Notes under the pieces: generated by a model | What the model saw: the letters and a program-made list of their open reading frames with translations, nothing else | Databases searched by the model: none | What the model was told of the DNA's origin: nothing | Translations under genes and position numbers: made by a program | Part shown: piece after piece, positions 1-7,853 of the stretch | Position numbering within the stretch: position 1 is the first letter of the stretch | Layout: every line of letters starts with the position of its first letter | Source: a virus | Taxonomy: Duplodnaviria > Caudoviricetes | Strand: one strand, 5' to 3' | DNA length: 24,275 nucleotides | IMG/VR virus record: IMGVR_UViG_3300044267_003379 | Coordinates: 1-24,275 of that record

Positions 1-1
1 A

Positions 2-145
2 GGGCTAGACGATAAAAACATTTTTAATGCACCAGTTACTATAATCGACCCACAATATGACGATGACGACAATAGGCTAATTACAACAATCTTTAGCCCC
101 TACGAAGCCGCCGAATATCTTACTTGGAAGAGAAGTAAGAAATAA
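2..145 (+). CDS. 3' end of a phage protein (partial, runs in from the left edge)
   Basis: Open frame from position 2 (GLDDKNIFNAPVTIIDPQYDDDDNRLITTIFSPYEAAEYLTWKRSKK) ending at TAA 143-145; function not assignable. Confidence 0.6.
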   Translation, partial: GLDDKNIFNAPVTIIDPQYDDDDNRLITTIFSPYEAAEYLTWKRSKK

Positions 146-150
146 AATAT

Positions 151-179
151 TTGTTTATTGTTGCAAACTGTCATAACTT
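151..179 (+). promoter_or_regulatory. Possible sigma70-like promoter for the replication block
   Basis: TTGTTT-N17-TAACTT in the intergenic gap, followed by an A/C-rich leader and AGAGG; weak consensus match. Confidence 0.3.
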
Positions 180-234
180 GCAATAACCACATACAAACAT
201 ACACAAACAACACAACAACAAAAGAGGTCTGAAA

Positions 235-423
235 TTGCAAGATTTTTTAACAGTTTCACAAGTGGCAGAAGAATTGAAGGTTACAAAAGGCACAATTAGG
301 CAATATATACAATCTGGCAAATTAAAAGCAAGTAAGCCTAATGGTAAAAATTTTATAATCATGAAGACAGAACTTTTAAATTTTATTTCTGACACTGAAT
401 ATAAGCCATTAGCAACCCTTTAA
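235..423 (+). CDS. Excisionase-like/MerR-type HTH DNA-binding protein (HTH_17)
   Basis: FLTVSQVAEELKVTKGTIRQYIQSGKLKASK is the typical Xis-like HTH pattern; TTG start after AGAGG. Confidence 0.85.
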   Translation: MQDFLTVSQVAEELKVTKGTIRQYIQSGKLKASKPNGKNFIIMKTELLNFISDTEYKPLATL

Positions 424-464
424 TTATTAGTTCTTGAACTTTAGTGAAAGAACTAATAATTAAA
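419..464 (+). repeat. 17-bp perfect inverted repeat with 12-nt loop (hairpin family copy 1)
   Basis: TTTAATTATTAGTTCTT (419-435), loop GAACTTTAGTGA, AAGAACTAATAATTAAA (448-464). Confidence 0.9.
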
Positions 465-472
465 AGGATGCA

Positions 473-679
473 ATGAAAAAACAAGAGTCACTAGCAAGGA
501 AGGAATGCGCCAATTACAACAGTGGAAAATGCTTAGGGGTTATGTTTTCAAGGGAAAACGGAAAACTCCTTACTAAATTAGATAAGGAATTTGCGGGTAA
601 GGATTGCATAGCAAATACTGGTAAGTGCGGTTATTTTAATCAAATCGTCATAAGGAGTTCGCAGAATGCAACTAGATAA
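473..679 (+). CDS. Hypothetical Cys-containing protein
   Basis: 68-aa ORF with AAGGA RBS and four cysteines, possibly metal-binding. Confidence 0.7.
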   Translation: MKKQESLARKECANYNSGKCLGVMFSRENGKLLTKLDKEFAGKDCIANTGKCGYFNQIVIRSSQNATR

Positions 680-866
680 CAATGAGACCTTAAAACTGAG
701 AATAGAGCGCACTGAGAAGACAAGCAGAGAAGATGTTAAGAGGTTTTATGTAAGGGTTTATAAAATGGCTGAAAATTTGGGTTTCAATGTTGTTTCCCGA
801 GAAGAAAACAACAAAATAATAGCACAAAAAGGAGACAAGGAAATTGAAGAAAAGAAGCGTATTTGA
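666..866 (+). CDS. Hypothetical protein
   Basis: AAGGAG RBS upstream; overlaps neighbours in the operon. Confidence 0.7.
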   Translation: MQLDNNETLKLRIERTEKTSREDVKRFYVRVYKMAENLGFNVVSREENNKIIAQKGDKEIEEKKRI

Positions 867-990
867 AGAGATGGTTAATGTTACAACTTCTATGGCGAAA
901 TTATTTGAGTCGCTTACAAAAGTTTTAACGCACCTAGTAACACACCTTAGCGACCTCGAAGAAAGAATTGAAAAAATGGAGTCGAAATGA
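844..990 (+). CDS. Small helical/coiled-coil hypothetical protein (48 aa, not in ORF track)
   Basis: TTG start after GGAGA; MKKRSVFEEMVNVTTSMAKLFESLTKVLTHLVTHLSDLEERIEKMESK; stop overlaps the next ATG (ATGA 987-990). Confidence 0.65.
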   Translation: MKKRSVFEEMVNVTTSMAKLFESLTKVLTHLVTHLSDLEERIEKMESK

Positions 991-1481
991 GCGAGGAATT
1001 TCAAAAGTTAGATGAGTTACACGAAGAGGTTGAGAATGACGATATATCGAATATACACGTTGACAGAATGCTTTGGAAGATAGGCGAACTTGAGAAGGAA
1101 ATTGAAGATATTAAGTACAAGCAGATGGAATCCAAGGAGTTTTATGACAGAAGAATAGATTCAATAAATAAGCAAATATCATACAGGGTTAACTTACTTG
1201 AGAGTTATATGCAATCCGAGTTGGCTAGAACAGGGAATAAGACCTCTAAACTACCTAATGGTACGCTAAAGATGACAACAAGGACAACGAGAGAGTTCGG
1301 AGAGGACGATGCTCTGATTAAGTTTTCTTATGACAACAACATACCCACAAGAGTAACAGAAAAACCCGATAAAAAACTAATATTATCATATATTCAAAAT
1401 ACGGCTGATACACCAAGCGGATATTTTGAGAAAAAAGAAACCACATTTTCATACAAAACAAACAACGAGGAGACAAAATGA
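987..1481 (+). CDS. Host-nuclease inhibitor Gam-like (Mu Gam/gp157-like) protein
   Basis: N-terminal coiled coil, then KTSKLPNGTLKM and IPTRVTEKPDKKLI motifs; directly upstream of the annealase. Confidence 0.65.
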   Translation: MSEEFQKLDELHEEVENDDISNIHVDRMLWKIGELEKEIEDIKYKQMESKEFYDRRIDSINKQISYRVNLLESYMQSELARTGNKTSKLPNGTLKMTTRTTREFGEDDALIKFSYDNNIPTRVTEKPDKKLILSYIQNTADTPSGYFEKKETTFSYKTNNEETK

Positions 1482-2311
1482 GTATACATAATAAACTAGG
1501 GCGGGTTCAAGCCAAACTCAAAGTTGGCAAAGGACACAGAAACGACTTTGGTAATTATAACTACAGAAATCTTGCCGATATATTTGAAGGGTTGAAGCCA
1601 ATACTAAGTGGAAGCGGTTGCTCTATTACCGTTAGCGACGAGATAGTATGTGTAAATGATTTTAATTACATTAAGGCAACTGCTACATTTAGCGACGGCA
1701 ATGAATCCATAACCACTACAGGATGGGCAAGGGAGTCTGTTCAAAAAAAGGGGATGGACGATAGCCAAATAACAGGTGCTACTTCATCTTATGCTAGAAA
1801 ATATGCATTAAATGGATTATTCGCAATTGACGATACCGAAGATGCTGATAGTATGGACAACAGAGACCATAAAACAGTTGTGGTTTCGCCGTCTCTAAGT
1901 AAAAAGCCAAACGAGGAAGTGCAACAAGCATCGGATGAATGGAATGAAGCGTCAAGAAATACAGGGATACCCTTTGGGAAATACAAAGGAACCCCTTGGA
2001 AAGATGTACCCGAAGATTACATAGGTTGGTTGATTAACAAGAGCGATAATGCTAATTGGAGGGCAATGGCGAATGCGGAACTTGTTGCTCGAATGACCGA
2101 GGGTGCTAGCGAAAAGCAGCAGGACGTGCAGCAGGGCGTAGAAGCGGATTCTAGCACAAAGGAAGCCGATAAGGGAACTGAAAAAGGTTGGGTGGTTGAG
2201 GATGATTCTAAAATTAGTCCTAAATTAGAAGACCAAATACAAGAAGGTAAGGAATTGATGGAAGAGTTTTCGGAGATTGCTGAAGGAGATGATGATGACC
2301 TACCATTCTAA
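1478..2311 (+). CDS. erf: ERF-family single-strand annealing protein with DUF3820-like domain and acidic tail
   Basis: NDFGNYNYRNLADI and GATSSYARKYALNGLFAIDDTEDAD are ERF hallmarks; IPFGKYKG..DVPEDYIGWL domain; ends DDDDLPF. Confidence 0.9.
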   Translation: MSIHNKLGRVQAKLKVGKGHRNDFGNYNYRNLADIFEGLKPILSGSGCSITVSDEIVCVNDFNYIKATATFSDGNESITTTGWARESVQKKGMDDSQITGATSSYARKYALNGLFAIDDTEDADSMDNRDHKTVVVSPSLSKKPNEEVQQASDEWNEASRNTGIPFGKYKGTPWKDVPEDYIGWLINKSDNANWRAMANAELVARMTEGASEKQQDVQQGVEADSSTKEADKGTEKGWVVEDDSKISPKLEDQIQEGKELMEEFSEIAEGDDDDLPF

Positions 2312-2567
2312 AAAAACAACTCAAAAAGATATTATTCTTGATTATCTTAGAAAGAATAAACGAATAACTTCTTGGTTTGCAATAGAAGAATTTGGGATTA
2401 CAAGATTGGCTGATATTGTACATAGGTTAAAACGAGAAGGACATCGGATAGGCACAACTATGATGACACATAAGAATGCTAGAACGGGCAAGGTTTCAAA
2501 CTTCGCTAAATACACCTATGAAGATGCTATAGACGTTGGCTCAAATTATGAACTTACCCTTGGTTAA
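2277..2567 (+). CDS. Winged-HTH protein (HTH_39-like); true start probably near 2289-2295
   Basis: TQKDIILDYLRKNKRITSWFAIEEFGITRLADIVHRLKREGHRI pattern; AAGGAG at about 2283. Confidence 0.8.
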   Translation: MLKEMMMTYHSKKTTQKDIILDYLRKNKRITSWFAIEEFGITRLADIVHRLKREGHRIGTTMMTHKNARTGKVSNFAKYTYEDAIDVGSNYELTLG

Positions 2568-2580
2568 TTGCCTCGGGGAA

Positions 2581-2625
2581 ATAAAGGGTGGGTCTTTCAT
2601 CCTCCTTCTTTCACCCACCCTTTAT
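2581..2625 (+). other. 13-bp GC-rich hairpin with a 19-nt pyrimidine-rich loop antisense to an SD+ATG
   Basis: ATAAAGGGTGGGT, loop CTTTCATCCTCCTTCTTTC, ACCCACCCTTTAT. Confidence 0.7.
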
Positions 2626-2642
2626 AAACTATAGGAGTTATC

Positions 2643-3053
2643 ATGCCCAGCAGAAGTAAGCAAAAAGGTAACAGATTTGAGAGAGAAGTTACAAATATTG
2701 CAAAAGAACATGACATAGACTCTCAAAGAGCCTATGCTAGTAATGGATTGTCTCTTGGACACGCTGAAGAGGTAGATGTTTTGCTAAAGACACCTGACAA
2801 GGATTGGAGAGTCCAATGCAAGGTTAGAAAAAATATTGCAAATTGGATTAAACCCGATTCTAGCGTTGTTGATTTACAAGTAGTAAAAGAAGACAGGGGG
2901 CAAATATATGCAATATTGCCATACGAAGATTTTTTAGAACTAATTGCAGATGAAGAAGAATATAGAAATTCAGGTCAGGAAAAATTAGATGAAGAGAGGG
3001 ATTTATATAGGGAAAGAATGAATGAGATAGAAAATGAAATCAAAAGATTATAG
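2643..3053 (+). CDS. Holliday junction resolvase-like PD-(D/E)XK nuclease
   Basis: SKQKGNRFEREV...VDV...VQCK motif; AGGAG RBS. Confidence 0.8.
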   Translation: MPSRSKQKGNRFEREVTNIAKEHDIDSQRAYASNGLSLGHAEEVDVLLKTPDKDWRVQCKVRKNIANWIKPDSSVVDLQVVKEDRGQIYAILPYEDFLELIADEEEYRNSGQEKLDEERDLYRERMNEIENEIKRL

Positions 3054-3225
3054 AAAAAACATAAAAATAGGGCAAAGCGTTACCGCTAAGTCGAAAAACA
3101 TAGATGGAGATACGGTCTTTGTGAGTGGTGAAATATCTTCCATTAACGAGGATATTGTATTTATTAGCAGAAGGTTCCCCAAGGTTGAACATTTTTCTGT
3201 AAAAATAAAAGATTTAATAATATAA
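3034..3225 (+). CDS. Hypothetical protein (small beta-rich)
   Basis: 63-aa ORF packed between the resolvase and initiator genes. Confidence 0.6.
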   Translation: MKSKDYRKNIKIGQSVTAKSKNIDGDTVFVSGEISSINEDIVFISRRFPKVEHFSVKIKDLII

Positions 3226-3235
3226 GGAGAGATAG

Positions 3236-4180
3236 ATGCGAAGTAAAATAAACAAGGCTCCCGCTTTTCAATTTTATGCGGGTGATTTTTTATCAGACCT
3301 CAACGTCCAAATAATGACAATGTCACAAAGGGGAATTTATATTACCCTACTTGCAATGGAGTGGATTGAGGGAAGTCTACCATCTGATATTAGAACCTTG
3401 AAAGTTCTGTGCGGTCAGCACCCAAATTTTGAAGAAGATTGGGGCGCTATTAAGCATTGTTTTTATGAAGAAAATGGTCGCATATATAACAGAAGACTCG
3501 AGTCTGAGAGAAGCAATATGATAAGTTACAGAGAAAGAATGTCCAACAATGGTAAGAAGGGTGCTAATGTACGGTGGAATGGCAAGGCTATAGCCAAGCC
3601 ATCCAATAAAGAAGTGGAAGTAGAAGTTAAAAGTAAAAATAAAAACGCTGTTAAAGTAAAACTTTATAATGATGAATTTGAAGATGATTTTTGGTCGCTA
3701 TACCCAAGACGAGATAATAAGAAACGAGCAAAGGACAAGTACGTTTCATTGCGAAAAAGTGGGGTAGGCAAAGATACTATTTTAGATGGGTTAAAGTCAT
3801 ACATTAAGCAGTGGAAAAAAGCGGGTACGGAGTCTGAATTTATACCTATGGCTAGCACTTGGTTGAATCAGGAGCGCTATGACGATGAATTAATTAGTAG
3901 TTCTAAAACAATAAACAACCTAAATGTAAAAAAAGAATATCATTGGATGTGCATTGAATGTAAAATAGAAAAAACAACGACAGAGGATTTGAGCGTTAAT
4001 GATAAACTATGCTCTTGTGGAGACGGTATACTTGAGACAAGGTCATCTGTTCTAGCACAACTTGCTATTAAAGATAATAAAGCAAGCGAAATTAAAATTA
4101 AAAGCAATGAAGAGTCTGAAGATAAAAAGGAATTTGAAAAGGCTTTTGGCAGTATGCTTAGTTCTATGGGAGCGCGTTAG
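3236..4180 (+). CDS. Phage replication initiator (DUF1376/YdaU-like N-terminus, FW..YP domain, C-terminal Zn ribbon)
   Basis: APAFQFYAGDFLSD..MTMSQRGIYITLL; FEDDFWSLYPRRDNKKRAK..FIPMASTWLNQERYDDE; CIEC...CSC; AAGGAG RBS. Confidence 0.8.
   Translation: MRSKINKAPAFQFYAGDFLSDLNVQIMTMSQRGIYITLLAMEWIEGSLPSDIRTLKVLCGQHPNFEEDWGAIKHCFYEENGRIYNRRLESERSNMISYRERMSNNGKKGANVRWNGKAIAKPSNKEVEVEVKSKNKNAVKVKLYNDEFEDDFWSLYPRRDNKKRAKDKYVSLRKSGVGKDTILDGLKSYIKQWKKAGTESEFIPMASTWLNQERYDDELISSSKTINNLNVKKEYHWMCIECKIEKTTTEDLSVNDKLCSCGDGILETRSSVLAQLAIKDNKASEIKIKSNEESEDKKEFEKAFGSMLSSMGAR
3579..3645. other. Putative replication origin inside the initiator gene
   Basis: Two overlapping ATRGC-N3-GCYAT palindromic boxes (3579-3591, 3590-3602), then AGAAGTGGAAGTAGAAGT and an A-rich tract, in the low-complexity linker where lambdoid initiators carry ori. 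Confidence 0.55.
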
Positions 4181-4247
4181 TAATAAAACGATGGTTGGCG
4201 CCTCTTTTAAATGTCAGTTTTTTTTAAAAAGGTTTTAAAAAAAAAGA

Positions 4248-4463
4248 ATGATGAGGCGCGCTCCTAAAATTAAAAAACAAAAAGTATCGTATGACGGAAA
4301 AAAAGCAGATAATGCAATTAAATACTGTGAAATTTGTAAAAGGTGTTGGGAAATGGACTATGTAAAAAAAAATATTAACCACTATGAAGATTTTCCCACA
4401 TATAAAAGACAAAGAAAAATTTGTAAAAATTGTTTAAAAAATACAGGCGCGCATGTCTCCTAG
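4248..4463 (+). CDS. Small Zn-finger-like basic protein
   Basis: CEIC...CKNC pairs. Confidence 0.7.
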   Translation: MMRRAPKIKKQKVSYDGKKADNAIKYCEICKRCWEMDYVKKNINHYEDFPTYKRQRKICKNCLKNTGAHVS

Positions 4464-4522
4464 GTTACTCACAACTACAAAAAACCTAGTTGCTCCGCAT
4501 CAGCAATCTCCCATGTGCGCCT
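4445..4522 (+). ncRNA. Candidate structured RNA (three-way junction)
   Basis: AGGCGCGCATG/CATGTGCGCCT closing stem with one G-U; inner stems CTAGGTT/AACCTAG and TTGCT/AGCAA; both linkers TCTC(C). Confidence 0.45.
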
Positions 4523-4547
4523 ATCTTTACAAAAAAGAGAGGTAGTT

Positions 4548-4700
4548 ATGATAGTAATGGACTTAGCAGATTGGATAATTAACCTATTTTTATTAGGTTC
4601 TACAATTGTCATTTGGTGCTTGGGGTTGTTTATGGTTCTTATGTTGTTGGAACTATATAAAAAATATATTAAACAGATAATAGGGGGCGACGATGCCTAG
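4548..4700 (+). CDS. Small single-pass membrane protein
   Basis: ATG at 4548 follows GAGGT; hydrophobic stretch WIINLFLLGSTIVIWCLGLFMVLMLL then basic residues. Confidence 0.65.
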   Translation: MIVMDLADWIINLFLLGSTIVIWCLGLFMVLMLLELYKKYIKQIIGGDDA

Positions 4701-4821
4701 AAAAAAGAAAAATATTGCAAATAATTACCGTGGAAAAGAGGACTTATTTTTTACAAAAATAAGAAAAGGTCTACTTCGTTTTCTAGCACCAGCCTCTAAG
4801 CACTCAAAGGATATAGGATGA
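4693..4821 (+). CDS. Small basic hypothetical protein (42 aa, not in ORF track)
   Basis: MPRKKKNIANNYRGKEDLFFTKIRKGLLRFLAPASKHSKDIG; fills the gap and its stop overlaps the next ATG. Confidence 0.55.
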   Translation: MPRKKKNIANNYRGKEDLFFTKIRKGLLRFLAPASKHSKDIG

Positions 4822-5060
4822 ATCAAATAGAAGAATTATTTGGAGTTCCAGTTAAGGATATAAACTATATATATCTAGCAGACAATGAATGGTATGAAAT
4901 TAATGGTAGTTTAGAAATAACTGGGAATTTTGGTAAAAAACCGCAGTATTTTTCCGCTTGGTGCTTAAGAGTAAAGGCTGATGAATTAGGTAGACAAAGG
5001 TCATTGAGAGTTGTTGGAAATATTAGTCAAATACTATTAGCAGAAGCGGAATATTCATAG
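4818..5060 (+). CDS. Hypothetical protein
   Basis: 80-aa ORF with AAGGA RBS. Confidence 0.65.
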   Translation: MNQIEELFGVPVKDINYIYLADNEWYEINGSLEITGNFGKKPQYFSAWCLRVKADELGRQRSLRVVGNISQILLAEAEYS

Positions 5061-5082
5061 GTAAAATAAAAGGAGAAACCAA

Positions 5083-5259
5083 ATGAGACACTACTGGGAA
5101 GTTTTATTTAGCGTGGAGTATTTCCCTTACTGGGAGTTTACGATGTTGATGATGCTAGCACTCCAAATCAGTCACCTTGTAAGACTTAATAGGACTGAAC
5201 GGAAAATAGACCTACTAACACAGGACAGTACAAAGTCAAATACAGGGTTGAAAAAGTGA
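5083..5259 (+). CDS. Small putative membrane protein (58 aa, not in ORF track)
   Basis: Strong AAGGAG RBS; MRHYWEVLFSVEYFPYWEFTMLMMLALQISHLVRL...; GTGA overlap with the next gene. Confidence 0.7.
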   Translation: MRHYWEVLFSVEYFPYWEFTMLMMLALQISHLVRLNRTERKIDLLTQDSTKSNTGLKK

Positions 5260-5444
5260 ATAAAAATAAACTTCAGAAACTAATTCATAAAGAATTAGAG
5301 AATATTGACGGAGTTGATTACGGAGAGTCTTTATTAATGGCAATAAATATCGCAAAAAAGGTTATCAGGCTTAGCGAACTAGAATCTTTAAAGGATTCTA
5401 GGCTACCAACCAGAGAAACTGCTAGCACAACGGAAGAGGAGTGA
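5256..5444 (+). CDS. Hypothetical protein
   Basis: GTG start coupled to the upstream stop. Confidence 0.6.
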   Translation: MNKNKLQKLIHKELENIDGVDYGESLLMAINIAKKVIRLSELESLKDSRLPTRETASTTEEE

Positions 5445-5806
5445 AAATGTTAAAGCAAGATTACTTAGAGCAACGAGACCATCTTGGGGCGCATTTAAAA
5501 AATAGCGTGAGTAAAGTGTATCAAATTACAGACGGTATTTTGCAAATATGCAAACTTGCCCGAACGGGAAAATTGGGAAAAGGAAAATCTTTTAAGGAAA
5601 TAGAGAAATTGGCGCTAGAATTGAAGTTTTGGAATGACGTACCCGCAAATATAAGTTATAAGTTCTCCCCTTTGGGTGTAATGGACAAAGAGGAGGAGTG
5701 GGTTAAAGAAAAAGACGAATCAAGTAAATTCATATTGTCTAAAGAAGACGCTGATAATAAAATATACCCCACGTTGAAAGACGTAAAAAAGGCATTGGTA
5801 AAATAG
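5441..5806 (+). CDS. Hypothetical protein
   Basis: 121-aa ORF, GAGGAG RBS; last gene of the + block. Confidence 0.7.
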   Translation: MKMLKQDYLEQRDHLGAHLKNSVSKVYQITDGILQICKLARTGKLGKGKSFKEIEKLALELKFWNDVPANISYKFSPLGVMDKEEEWVKEKDESSKFILSKEDADNKIYPTLKDVKKALVK

Positions 5807-5869
5807 TATTTAAAAATTGTAAATTATCACATCTAACAACGGTTTGTCTCCGCGTTAGTGTTTGGTGAC

Positions 5870-5899
5870 AGAAAGGGGAGGGTGCTATCTCCCCTTTCT
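5870..5899. terminator. Hairpin between convergent gene blocks (likely terminator)
   Basis: AGAAAGGGGAG-ggtgctat-CTCCCCTTTCT, 11-bp stem between the stops at 5806 (+) and 5909 (-). Confidence 0.7.
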
Positions 5900-5908
5900 A
5901 TTTATAGA

Positions 5909-6430
5909 TTATTTCAATCTAGCCTTTTTCATGCATACGGCAACATCGCCCACAATCACATCGTCCCACTTGTTCCTATCCTTACCTTTCCACATTTCAG
6001 TAGCAAGATAATTAATACCTTTACCCTTATTCTTGCCATCTTCATCCATAACAATATCCGCCTTTCCATCTTTGGACGTTACCACCTGTATATAACCACC
6101 GACACTTCCCTGAAGAGTTTCTAGCGTGGGTTCTTTGTCTGTGAATATCTCCATTTTATAATCAACCTCGCTTTCCCCGAGGGCAAGGGTTGGCATGACA
6201 CTAAACATAGATTGACCTTCTTTGTCCGCATTATAAAGCGCTAGCGCACCTCCGTCATTACCTTCGTCGTCCATCTGTGGGTATATTTCCGTACCATCAT
6301 CAAGAACAATTACCATTGGGCGCTTGTACCACCCAAAATCAACCGCCTCTTCAGTTGGCATATATTTTATGCTAGCAATCTTCCTACCAAGCAATATTTT
6401 ATTAGCAATTTCTATAAATCCATTTTTCAT
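5909..6430 (-). CDS. Two-domain protein with C-terminal DUF3846-like domain
   Basis: EPTLETLQGSVGGYIQVV..VMDEDGK..INYLAT..DVIVGDV matches DUF3846; the N-terminal domain ends in DDEGNDGGAL. Confidence 0.75.
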   Translation of the reverse strand: MKNGFIEIANKILLGRKIASIKYMPTEEAVDFGWYKRPMVIVLDDGTEIYPQMDDEGNDGGALALYNADKEGQSMFSVMPTLALGESEVDYKMEIFTDKEPTLETLQGSVGGYIQVVTSKDGKADIVMDEDGKNKGKGINYLATEMWKGKDRNKWDDVIVGDVAVCMKKARLK

Positions 6431-6432
6431 TT

Positions 6433-6972
6433 TTATTTCTCCTTTTTTGGTATTTCAAAATTACATTCTATGTGTACCCATCCATATTCGGTCATTCCAT
6501 CAACCATCCGATTGGTCATTCCGTACAATTGTTCTGATATTTCATCGTCTGTCATGTGGCTTATTTTTTCCCCAAACAAATTACGAACATCCTCTACGCA
6601 CCAATAAGTACCTGTAAAAATGCTAGCATCCTTTGGCGGGTTAAGGTTTATTTCGTAAGTGTCTAGCCTCGGATGTGTTTTTTCGAGCGATAGTTTAACA
6701 TCTGCCTCCATTTCGCCTACAGTATTCCACTTTTTTCTATCAAAAACAAGCCTGTCATTAATATCGGTAACAATTCGCTCTTTTAATTCCTCGTCCTCAC
6801 TTACTCCCGCCATCGCGGTCTCTATCATGTCTGACAACACAAAATGCTTGTCAAATAGCATCCCTATTATCTCATCTAAAACATCTTTCATCACGCTATC
6901 ATATAACTCTTGCTCATTGCAATCAAAGCACTCCGATTGTAGCGATGTGTCATGTTTACATACGTCACTCAT
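6433..6972 (-). CDS. Hypothetical acidic protein
   Basis: 179-aa ORF, GGGG RBS, tightly packed. Confidence 0.7.
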   Translation of the reverse strand: MSDVCKHDTSLQSECFDCNEQELYDSVMKDVLDEIIGMLFDKHFVLSDMIETAMAGVSEDEELKERIVTDINDRLVFDRKKWNTVGEMEADVKLSLEKTHPRLDTYEINLNPPKDASIFTGTYWCVEDVRNLFGEKISHMTDDEISEQLYGMTNRMVDGMTEYGWVHIECNFEIPKKEK

Positions 6973-6973
6973 T

Positions 6974-7204
6974 TTACCCCCTGTTTTCTGTTAATTTATC
7001 AATTGATTCAGCAAACTCTTCGTTTGCCCTTTCTTTTTCTTCGACTCTTTCAGCCTTAGTAAGAAAACCTATGCACCACATTAAGGATATTATCTCCCCA
7101 TGAATAACGGCTTTGGCTTCTTCTGTGTTAGCACGACTTTGCTGGTGAAACTTTTCGATGAGCCGAGTCATTATTTCGTCTTTATTTTTTATATTTAGTT
7201 TCAT
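6974..7204 (-). CDS. Hypothetical protein (start moved to MKLNIK)
   Basis: GAGGA RBS precedes the ATG at 7204. Confidence 0.65.
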   Translation of the reverse strand: MKLNIKNKDEIMTRLIEKFHQQSRANTEEAKAVIHGEIISLMWCIGFLTKAERVEEKERANEEFAESIDKLTENRG

Positions 7205-7238
7205 TTTTTCCTCGCATTTACTTTTTATTATTTTATGA

Positions 7239-7445
7239 TTAAGATAATTTTTTAATATCAATTGGTTGATTTATTCTCTCTGTATAAATCCTAAGCGCTA
7301 ATCCAATTTCCCTAATCTCATTTGATATACTAGAAAGTTCTTCTATGCACTCAGCAAGCCTAATCATTTCTTCTGAGCCAAGGGAGTTTTCAAAATCCTC
7401 ACACAACTGCTTTAATTCTCTAATAACTTTTTGAATATCTCTCAT
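7239..7445 (-). CDS. Hypothetical helical protein
   Basis: 68-aa ORF with GAGGAG RBS. Confidence 0.65.
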   Translation of the reverse strand: MRDIQKVIRELKQLCEDFENSLGSEEMIRLAECIEELSSISNEIREIGLALRIYTERINQPIDIKKLS

Positions 7446-7449
7446 CGCT

Positions 7450-7698
7450 TTATTTTTCTCCTCGCATTATTTTTAAAATATATTTCAGGGCATTCATATA
7501 GCCTATGTCATATGATATTATCTCGCTATCGTTTTCTGTTTCCCAAGAGTCGACGTCGAACGATTTTCCGTCCCCATAGTCTTCGTCTAGGTCATTTTGA
7601 ATGCTGTGAAGATTCTTATTTATCAAATCTTCCACCCTTTTCCTGTTTTTCATAAGAATTTTAAGTGTGTGTACGGCATTTTCTAATTTTTTAAGCAT
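7450..7698 (-). CDS. Hypothetical protein (start moved to MLKKLE)
   Basis: AAGGA RBS precedes the ATG at 7698. Confidence 0.65.
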   Translation of the reverse strand: MLKKLENAVHTLKILMKNRKRVEDLINKNLHSIQNDLDEDYGDGKSFDVDSWETENDSEIISYDIGYMNALKYILKIMRGEK

Positions 7699-7729
7699 TT
7701 TTAAATCCTTTCCTAATATTTTTAACAAG

Positions 7730-7761
7730 AGAGGGGCGGAGAACCATGAAACCGCCCCTCT
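7730..7761 (-). other. 10-bp GC-rich hairpin with loop antisense to SD+ATG (terminator or sRNA element)
   Basis: Transcript strand AGAGGGGCGG-tttcatggttct-CCGCCCCTCT. Confidence 0.6.
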
Positions 7762-7853
7762 GTGAGACCTGAGACATGTCAGGTATTTTTATCGCTAGAA
7801 TGGAATTTACGCATCCCTGCGGTCTGCCGTTTTATCAAGACAATCTTCAATGT

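Noticed and set aside
186-226. A/C-rich low-complexity tracts before RBSs (also 1450-1474, 8085-8110)
   Set aside because: Consistent with ordinary unstructured translation leaders, not a repeat element.
4169-4264. Nested inverted repeats (GCGCCTC/GAGGCGC, T8A4-agg-T4A8, GGAGCGCG/CGCGCTCC)
   Set aside because: The core is homopolymeric and the outer stems are short; cannot be separated from chance or a simple terminator.
4445-4522. Hammerhead ribozyme on the - strand (CTGATG present)
   Set aside because: Reads CUGAUGC rather than CUGAUGA, lies in a hairpin, and there is no GAAA core strand.
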